From the NCBI GenBank assembly GCA_002269645.1, contig NIVC01003038.1, forward strand, positions 59,700 to 123,699: 64,000 nucleotides of DNA. The letters run 5' to 3'. The notes beneath the pieces were generated by a model that worked only from the letters and a program-made list of their open reading frames with translations, was not told the DNA's origin and made no database searches. The stretch is from Macrostomum lignano. Its lineage: Eukaryota. Every line of letters starts with the position of its first letter. Within the stretch, counting starts at the first letter, position 1. A program made the position numbers and the translations under genes. Of the stretch, positions 1-10,200 are shown in pieces.

Positions 1-410
1 CTGGTTTGTAAAAAGCAAATATCCAAGCTCGGGTGCAATGAAGAAATAGCAAAATGTAAGTTGTGCTTACCGGCTCTCTCTCGCGCCTCAGAAACAATGT
101 GAAGGCCCTGTTTGTTTCGTTAGCTAGCTAGCTCGTACGCGTGTATGCAGCCACCACAGCAAGCCAACACAGCAGGGCTTGCCTAATAAAGTGAACGATA
201 CTGCAGCTAGTATGTGTTTGTTCATGTTGCGCGACCAATGAAAGATGAAGATCAAAAAACAATCTGTCTTTATGCTTACGGAATTTGGACTGTGGACTAG
301 GATGCTATGCGGAAACTTTTGTTTTTATAGCAATTACATGTACATGGTTCTGTAGCAAGATTGTTTAATTATAAAATTTATTAGAATAATATCAACGAAC
401 TTTTCACATT

Positions 411-744
411 GAGCCTCTTCAATGCAATCGGTTCTAGAACCAGAATAAATTCGAGTTCTAGAACCAGAACCAGTGTGAAATGAAGAGCTTCGAATTCATT
501 TTATGTTTGACAGTCTTTACAATTTAATTTTGTCGTTCTTTGACTTTGTTTCCTCTTGGATATAACAAAAAACGGAATAATTATCTAACAATACAATAAT
601 AAAAAATTGATGGTTTCAAATATATATTACTGTTAAAGTGTAAACATGACAACGGTTCGAAAAAATTTCTCGAACCATATTCCAGAACCAGAACCATGTT
701 CCGGAACTAATTCTGTTTTTCGAACCGGCGATATGAAGAGGCTC
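411..744. mobile_element. Putative MITE (short inverted-repeat element)
   Basis: GAGCCTCTTCA (411-421) and its reverse complement TGAAGAGGCTC (734-744), with further imperfect inverted similarity inside (ATCGGTTC / GAACCGGCGAT) and internal AGAACC repeats. No clean target-site duplication. Confidence 0.4.
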
Positions 745-3615
745 ATGGTGAATTTTGGCTGTCGCGTGCGCTCGCGCTAAGACGCAGCTAAACATTGAGC
801 AACTTTGTATTGTTAGTTCTGTACCACTCTCTTTTTCTGGTTTTCATGGTCGCTCCAACCTGGTAAACCTAGCTAAAGTCCTACTGTACATGTAAATCAT
901 TTCCTGTAAATACTTTCCGGATAACCCCCGCCTGATCCTTGTAACATATGTATTTAGGCAATCCACTATCCAGTCATGCTATATTATGAAACCTCTCATA
1001 ATATTGAGCCTGTTTAGACTCAAGTCGTCTCAAGACAATGACAGAAACAGCTCTTACCACTCCCTGTGAAAGATTTACAGTTTACATAAATTTACAGTTT
1101 GAAGATTTCCCTTTCCTGTAATTACATGTAAAACAGACAAATTCTTCCTAATTTAGCACTGAATTTGTTTAAATATGCTCGTAAATGCAAGACTTTCAAC
1201 GAATTCACAATCAAATTCTTCGCGCAATTTCTAAATTAAGAGAATGTATTGTGAACGTATTCGAATTTACCTAAATGTCTAATCTCTTTGTTTATAACAA
1301 TGATCATTAGGCTATAGCTTAGGAATTTCTCTCCATTCTCTCATCTCGGCTAATTAGTTCTATACTAATTTATGCCATTACTATTAATTTTCTTAGGAAC
1401 TCAATGTAATTCGCTTAGGATCCTAATTTTGAATTGTTTTTGCATTTTTGAAGGTCAGACTGTCTGGGTTCGAGACGGATTGACCTCCAACAGTCTAGAC
1501 AGGCGACACTGTGAGGCCGCGTGAGAGCTATAAAAGGCGGCAACTCGACCCGCGCTCGAGAGAAAAAGGAGCAACAGCATCCCATCTGAGCGCTTCGGTC
1601 TCTGTGGATTCCTTGGCTACCGGCAGATAGGTCCTCTGATTGGTTTGGTGAGAGGCTTTCTTGACCTGCTTAACTGGGTGCACCCTTTGTCTGACCCCTT
1701 CCTAGGTAGTCTGATATGATTTGCACTTTTACTTACTTGCTTTTGTGTGCCAATCTCAAGGCAGAAGTGTCAGTTAATATTAAAAGTAGCCATTTGCTCT
1801 ACTCAATCTAAAGTGTTTAGGATTGCGGATTAAGTGAGAAAGTTAAATCTGGAAGTTAAAGACTTAGCGTTTTCTTTCTTTTTCGCAATGCCAGCTGAGA
1901 TGAGCGGCTAAATCTAGAGGCAGAGGTCACGGTGGACCGGAAGCGGCACAGTTCCCAGTCAATCAGACAATCTAAGAAATCATTGTGTTAAGCATGCAAA
2001 TTAAGAGCCAGACTGGCGTTTTGGCGCGGTCACAGGCAGTTAAGCGGCTAAAGTAAGTTAAATATTAGTCTAACGATCTCCGAAAGTGACAATGCATCTA
2101 CATCATCGCCATCTGTCGACGTGTTAACACATTTAGTGCCAAAAGCGTGCAGTTGCGTGTACTTTTACATGTACTTCTGGGAATTTGGTAATGAAATAGT
2201 ACATTTAGTAGTGTATGAAGGCTCGCCAGCGCAAGAACCCCCCTGCAAAAGTCCTCTCTGTCCCTGTATGGCCAATGCGATCTTAGTCCTAGCAGCGTCC
2301 CTTCTATTCGGCTATGACTTCGAGATTTAGACAGCTAAAAGACACTAGATGACAGGTAAGTGCAGTGCCCCTCTAGTCGGAAGTCCGATTTCGATAGCTC
2401 CGGTTTGGTGAGCCGGGGCGCACGGACTGGTGGCAGCGAGTTAGTTAATCCGCGGGTTAGCTAATTTCTACCTTTCAAATTCTCCCTGCTTGTCTCTCGC
2501 TGTCTTCTCCTAGCTATAGGACCTTGCTGCTCGCCCACAATCTAGCTACCATGGGGCTGACCATCTGACAGGAGTGAGAGGCCAGAGCTCGATCTTAGTG
2601 ATTCATTTCTGAGTTCTGCTGAGGCCCGAAGCTACAGGCTTAAAAAGGCCGAACCCATCAAACTTTAAAATGAATAAAATTATTGTGAACTTTATTGCTT
2701 GCGCGTGAGCATCGATCGCTAATTTGATTCACTTCTTTCCCAATATTTCGTATCTTTCTGCTGCGCCTGCATGCTAATGCTACTGAAACAGCCTTCCTAT
2801 TCGTATTTTATTATTAACTAATTAACTTTCAAGTTTTAAATAAACGAGTTACTTCTTTTACCGTATGCTTGCTTTTAGTAGTATTATACGCGGAGGTTTT
2901 TAAAATTATTTTCTATTACTTTCTTAGCTTGTAAATCGCTTAGATGAGCTCTGTGATTTCGCTAAAAAGGTGGAAAATCAAAGACAGTGCATTATGGAAG
3001 TCTGTTTTGGAAAAAAGTGCAAGATTTCTGTATTTTCTGTGTTATTTTTAACGGATTAACTCTTATTAACGATTATCAGTTAACTTTCAGTTTACTTAAC
3101 GAAATTAATAGTTAATAAGTTAAGATTTTTTTCTTTTAACGCTTTTGCCATTAACGGAAGTTAAGATTTTCATTAACGGTGCCCAACACTGCAATATTCG
3201 TTGTGGTGACAGATGAATGAATGAATGCGTGATGCGTCCTTGGCTTGGTGAAATGCGCCTTAATTTATTCCATATATATATTTGTATAATCTATTTTTGC
3301 AATAAAAGTAATTAGATATATTATTTAAACTGGATGGACTCGAATTCTGGAACGACTACGCTACCCTAGAACTACCACGGCCGCGCGCCTATAGAAACCA
3401 GCTAACACCAAACACAGCGCATTCGCGTTTCAAACGATACGAATTAACATACAGTAAAACAATAGTAATAAAGTACGTACAGTAAGAATCGCGGAAAAGA
3501 AAACACTACTGAATAAAAAACTGACAAAAATAATTGATAAATAATTTCCAGGAACGCAGGATACATTATAAAAAGTACATACATTCAAATGATGCGTAAA
3601 ACTTTACAAGAATTT

Positions 3616-3994
3616 GGGTCTCCCTAAAACACGCCCCGCACCGCCCTGCAGCGCTACACATTAAAACAAATTGGACTGTAACTGAAGACACTTTAAAATG
3701 CGTTTTCTGTTAAGCTTTAAAGTTTTTATTAAATTTAGTTTTTTACTATGAAATATAAAATTCGGTGAATAATATGTGATATTAATAATAATATTATTAA
3801 AATAATAATAATATAATTTAATAATGAAAACGAGAATATAAAAAATAATAATAATATTGATGATAATAATTAAAGATATTTATTTCGTTACTCTTACAAC
3901 AAATAGTTTTCTTTGCAATCAAATACTGCATTGACAAAAAAAGTTATAATGTGTAGCGGTTCGGGGCGGTGCGGTGCGTGTTTTAGGGAGACCC
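3616..3994. mobile_element. Mutator-type MITE
   Basis: Terminal inverted repeats GGGTCTCCCTAAAACACGC and GCGTGTTTTAGGGAGACCC, continuing imperfectly for about 45 bp. Exact 9-bp target-site duplication CAAGAATTT at 3607-3615 and 3995-4003. AT-rich non-coding interior. Confidence 0.85.
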
Positions 3995-4270
3995 CAAGAA
4001 TTTGTATATCGCTGCACGACAATTAACAACTAACTTGCCAGCAAGCTTGCTTCTTACAAATTTTACGAAAGTCGGTGCGCTTCTTATATCTTAAGAACCA
4101 GGTCCATTCTGTTTCAGTTAAAGTTTAAAATTATTCTTAAAAATTCGAAGGACCTAATCAACCGCTTCTGCTCTTGTGTAGCTGTAGCTACTCATTTTCT
4201 ATTTCATCCCAGCAATAAACACTGACTTACAGTTGCTAAGGCTAAGCTATCGACTTGATTGAAATCTTAA

Positions 4271-7200
4271 ATGTCTCGTGGTTCAAAGACAGTTTATGTT
4301 GGGAACCTGCCACCTGACGTCCGATCTAAGGACATTCGTGATTTGTTCGACAAATATGGAAACATTCGTGAAATTGATTTAAAAAATAGCAGGGGACCAC
4401 CTTTTGCATTTATTGAATTCGATGATGAAAGGTAATTTTATTGCAAAATGGAAATTATTGTACGTCTAAGCCTAGATGATTATTTGAGTGTTTGGAGTCC
4501 ATAAGACTATACCTATAGGTGATCTTCCAGTTTGTTTTGCAGTATTATTCGCTTGTTTATTTTAGTTTAAAATGGTGCATCAATGTAGTGAAACATCAGA
4601 AAACGATACCTACGGCCAAAAGGGATGTGAAATAGAAGCAGACGAGTAACAGTAACAGTTGGGGGGAAGAGGATCTGGTTACAGAGGATAATAATGCAAC
4701 CCCAATATAGCACAGTGCCAAATGCTGCGTCAGGGTATAGGTGGTGCCACAGAAATTCCTCAGGCAGCCAGTGAAATCAGAATGTCTTTAACAGAGCTAG
4801 GCCTATTTTGCATCCCTTTTGGCCATAGATATCATTTTCTGATGTGTCACAATGTTGTAGCACCAATTCAAACTTGAGAATAACATTGCAAAACAAATTA
4901 GAAGATTGCCAATCTATAATATGTACCTGAGTTGCATTTAACTAGGCCTATAACTATATATTATATTAACTAAGCCTATAAGATGCATTATATCTTATAG
5001 AGATAGGCATAATAAATAATATACTTAAAGACTTAAAGTATGGTCCAACAGAGCTAGACTTTTGGATATAAATTAAGTACTTAAGTCTAGTCAAGTTTTT
5101 TGACAAGTTGAGTAAGGCTTTTCTAGTTTTTTAAATGCAATCATAAGAATAGGGCCCAATGACTATTTTCATATAGTTTGTTATTTTATAGTTAATATAA
5201 TAGGCTTACTACTTACTGGCAATCTCCAAGTTTGTTGCATTAAACTATATTTCAGTTTTTTTCATATAAAGATAGTTGCAACAGGTGGAATACAAGGGTG
5301 CAAGGGTGCAAGCCCATTTTGGTAAAGTTTTTTTTGAAAGATGCTCCAGCAAAAGTGAATTTTTAATTTGCATAAATGGACATTTTGGCAAAAGAAAGTG
5401 ACCAGTTTGGTGATAAAATAGACTATTTATAATTGTAAATATACCACTAATTGGTGATTATAGCTTTTAATAAATTATTCATTGCCCATCTTGCACATAT
5501 TTGCATTTTGTATATTAAAAAACTTACAACTTAGCTAGTAGCTATGTTATGTATATATACAAAGTGCAATAAATTGATTAGTTATTAGATGTCATGGTCT
5601 TTTAGTTCATTTCTAAATTGTACTTGGAAATCCTACCATAAGGGTAATATGGCATATGCATGCTAGAATTAAATTTGGGAAGAGGCCCCTAGGCCCTATG
5701 TACACCAAGTATGCCAAAAATTGGAAATTTGATTGTCATATATGCCAAAATTTTAAAATTATACAACTTTACTTTTGTGCTGCAACAATAAATGACCTTT
5801 TTCCATTTTTGCATTTGATATTTGTATTTATATTATAACAAAATAAGTGTTGTGTCTATTTTTCCTTTATAATAACTTGCATTTAGGCGAAGTCTTAGTA
5901 TATAAATTATTTTAAATAGCATTATCACATTCTATTAACATTATTTTTCTTTTCATTTGCACTCCCATCATCTTTTAACCATAACCTTTTTATTTGAAAT
6001 GTTGATACAGTTTTTGTTACAGAAACTAAGGATACTTACATTTTCAAATAGCTTTGTATGCCACTTTCTTGTATGCCAAATGTATGCTAACTAAACTATT
6101 GAAGGGCTAATGCAGGTTAGAATTTTCAAGCAAAAAGGCCACCTTCCTGAGTATGGCATAAGGGAACAACACCTAAAAAAACAACATTTTACAAATAAAA
6201 TAACAAAATTGTCATAGTATAAAAAACATATCCTAATGTCTTTATAAAGTCAATCTTTTTATTTAGAAAGCTTAATATCAACATTTGAATATGATTGCAA
6301 TTTCTAACAACTTCAACGCGTTTCGCATGCCATGGTGCATCGTCAGGATTTTATTATAACAATTTGAGAAATTGAGATTGAAAGCGATTGATTAAATATT
6401 GGTTTTTTTGCAACGTACACAGGTAAGGAGGGTAAGATTGAAAACAATTGATTACAACTTGGCTTTAACAACATACATAAATATAGTAGGTAAGAGAGAG
6501 AATTATAGATTGAGATTGAAAGTTAAACCAAATGTACACAATCCTTGTCCAGTGGTCAAAAGGCAGAATCAGGGGTGGTAGCTTAAGTAATTGAACGTCA
6601 AGCTAAGTGTACACAGCGTGCACGACTGTGTCACTCACTGTTCAGAAAACGTGGAGAACGTGACCTGCACCACTATGTTGTAATTGTGTGTTGAGATTCA
6701 GGGTCTGAGCTTTTATGTGCAGGGCCTCGAGAATTCTAAGTTTGGCGTCAGTATGGCTTTGGTCAATGATTTTAAAGTGTTCTTCTTGTTTGCAGTCATT
6801 GCAGTTAGTGCATTCAAGGAGGTGAGTTTGTATAGCAGATGGTTTGAGCCAGTGTTCCCTGATCCTCATGTGTAGGTTTCTTTTGGTTTTCCCCACGTAG
6901 GAGACGCTCTGGTCCACAGAGCAGTTAAATTGGTAGACAACACCTGCACGCAGAGTACAAGGAACATGCGACTTTAATCTGCTAACAAAGTTCCCAATCT
7001 TGTTCGTGTGGAAGACGACCCGGATGTTACGATTGAAAGAGGCAAAGAATAACCTACGCATTCTGTTTTTAAAGGCTAGAGATGGAGGTCCAAGGAAGGG
7101 GAGACACAGAATAGGTTCAAATTCTTCAGTGGTAACAGATTGCTCAGGTTTTTGTTTGGTGATTTTGTCCGAGATGAACTTGTTGATGATTTTTTGGACC

Positions 7201-10200
7201 AGACAAATGGGGTAGTCATTTTGATGGAACAGTCTGGTGAGGAACTGCACCTCCCGGTCAAAGTTGATCCAGGTGTTACAGGTAGTGAAAGCTCTATGGA
7301 GCAAACACCTCACAAGCCCAGTTTTCCATTGTCTACGGCAACTGGCTTGGAAGTTGAGAATGAGATTGGTAAAGCTTTTCTTATGGAAGACTTTTGTGGA
7401 GAGGGTTTCCTTACTGTAGTCAATTTCAATGTCCAGGAAGGGGAGTCTTTGGTCAATAGCATGTTCAACTGTGAATTTTATGTTCTTATGAGTGGAGTTG
7501 AGAGCGTGGAGGAACTGATCAATTTTTTGCTCCTGATCAAAGATGGCAAATGTATCGTCAACATAGTGCCTGTAGAATTTGGGGGCACAGTTGAGAGACA
7601 TCCACTTTTCAGTTTCCCAGTGGGCCAAGCAGACATTCGCCAGAGTGGGGGCCAAGGGGCTTCCCATGGCACAGCTATCAACTTGCCTAACTTGCCTAAC
7701 TTTCAATCTCAATCTATAATTCTCTCTCCTACCTACTATACCTATGTATGTTGTTAAAGCCAAGTTGTAATCAATTGTTTTCAATCTTACCCTCCTTACC
7801 TGTGTATGTTGCAAAAAAACCAATATTTAATCAATCGCTTTCAATCTCAATTTCTCAAATCGTTCTAATAAAATCCTGACAATGCACCATGGCGTGCAAA
7901 ATGCATTGAAGTTGTTAGAAATTGCAATCATATTCAAATGTTGATATTAAGCTTTGTATTTATTCTTCTCGCCAAGCAAGCGACTCTACCAGCATTCTAT
8001 CTTTTTATTTTAAATTTTTATAAAACAATAGGAATTCTTTACTTTTTGCCAAAGCTTAGAATTATCTCTACAAACCAAAATAGCCAGCTTTAGACAAAAT
8101 GGTCATTGCAAAAGTATTTTTTGCCAATATTGACTTTTGCCAAAAATTCCTTTGCCCAAGTGGTTTGAAACCAAATGTGTAGCAACATGCTTGGGCGCAA
8201 CCTAGGGATTCACCTAGCCATTTCTATTGGCAACACACACACAAGTTGCTATTGGACAGAATAGTAGTCACATGACTGCTCTTAGCCAATAGCGGCTTAT
8301 ATGTGTGTGTTGCCAATAGAAATGGCCAAGTGATTCCCAAAGTTGTGCATGTATAAGTAGCAAGCATATTGTAAGTGTTATTATCAAGTAGGTATTATAT
8401 TAGTTAATAGTAAATAGTAATAATAGTAAGCCATCCAGTACAAAATGTTTCCAAAACCTTTCTTAAAATAGGTGGTATCATAATGGCCAAATAGCAAATA
8501 GTTGACATCTCGTTGATATCCTATTGACATCTTATCCAATAGCATACATGCCCAACACCTGTCCAACCTGTCTGAACTAGATGGGTAAAATGGCCACCAG
8601 CTAAGATAAGTTACAAAATTAAAAATGCAAAAAAAAACAAAAATTGGAGAAAGAAAAAAAGGAGAGGAAGAGAAAAGGAAAAGAAAGAAGGGAGAAGAAA
8701 AAGAGAAGAAAAGAGAAAAAGGCAAGAAAAGTCATATACAATGTGAAAATTAAGTCCCAATCAGGGAACTAAGTTGCAGTTAGGAGGAACTAAGTTGCAG
8801 TTAGGAGGAACTACGTTGCAATTGGGAGGAACTAAGTTGCAATTGGGAAATTTTTCTGCCTGTTGTCTAGGTGTTGCAATTGTGTATCTAGGCATTATAT
8901 ATATGGCAAATTTTCTAAGGCATGATACATAGAAGGCTCCAATTTGTGTGCAGCACAATGGTGTTAGAATAAATTGTTTCTTGCCCATGGTTTTAGTAAA
9001 CTTGTAAGTCCAACTTGACTTCCTGTCATCATAGATGCTTTATCTGTTGTAACAGCCCATAGTCTTATGAAACAACTGTCATAATACTATCTTAAGTAAA
9101 TAAATCTTTTATCATACAATGCTTTGTCTTATTTCTGACTGACAGTTGCTTAAATCTATAGAAGTACATTATTAGTTTGCTCTTCTCAAGCATCCAGAAG
9201 TATATCATTAGGTAACTGTTTATATTACTATATATCTTTTTCTTGGAGGACTCACTTCTTTGGCCATCAGTCTCAGTCTCCAAATCTGAGTCCAAATGAA
9301 TGGCTGTATGTGATTGTTGGATCTGGGCTTCAGTATCAGCATCAATTGATAAGCAACATTCTATAGCAATATATTCAACATGAGCATTGCGCCATCGTAC
9401 AAATTCTGTCTCAAGATATCTAGTTTCTTCATTCATTTCAAAAGCAGCTTTTCTTTCAGCTGACATTACTCAAGAAGAGCAATATGTGTGGGTTGTTGCA
9501 TCTGCACTATGAATCTCAATTTTTCCATTCTGCACAGCTAGATCTCTTTTAGAAGCAACAACCTCTAGATTTTGCATTGCCATTAACAGTCTCTCTCTGT
9601 GTGAGCTTGCTGAACATTGGGATGGTGGTGTTTCTAGTTTCCTTGAATGCACTGCAGCTGCACCATCAACTGATCCCTGGGCTGCACTTAAGATTGTTGG
9701 TAAATTTTCTTCTATATAAAATAATAAAAAATGCATACTAGAACAATCATTAACTTCTCTAGGAGTTATACAACCAAGTTTCCATTTTGAAAAAAGCAAT
9801 GGCTTTCGCTCTTCAGCTGCAGAAAGGGGGCACTGGTTGATGGAATAGTCTTCATGGCCTTTTTCATCCCATTCACATGTAGGATTCAGTATATAGTCAG
9901 GTGCAGGTCTATCTTTAAGTTAAATATATAATGACTCAAAGAATGTACACATATATATATATATGAGTGCACAGTGTACATATATAAGTTAGTCTGTCAC
10001 ATACAGTACAGTATGTAGAGTGTAATCTACAGGGTATAGGCTACAGTGCAGTTTAGTACTGCAGTCTGCAATGCTGCATAAGTTGAATGATAAATCAATT
10101 GGGAAAGAGAGAGAGCAGGAGAAAGGGAAAAGAAATGAGGTACTTCCATTCTTCAATAAGCACAAGCACGCAAGGCATGCTACCCCCCCCCAGTCCTTCA

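Larger units (their letters stand above)
6267..7955 (-). mobile_element. Penelope-like retroelement, 5'-truncated, with an inverted copy of its 3' terminus; in SRSF1 intron 1
   Basis: Minus-strand RT ([29 protein letters not shown]) and GIY-YIG endonuclease ([27 protein letters not shown]) at about 7690-6642. Segments 6267-6524 and 7698-7955 are 258-bp inverted repeats. Confidence 0.92.

Noticed and set aside
3046-3195. hAT-type MITE end (..GGTGCCCAACACTG) with TTAAC subterminal repeats
   Set aside because: Only one terminus was found, so element boundaries cannot be supported.
7698-7823. N-terminus of the 393-aa ORF, and ORF 6399..6581, as real protein
   Set aside because: Both are readings of the inverted non-coding terminal repeat of the Penelope element.
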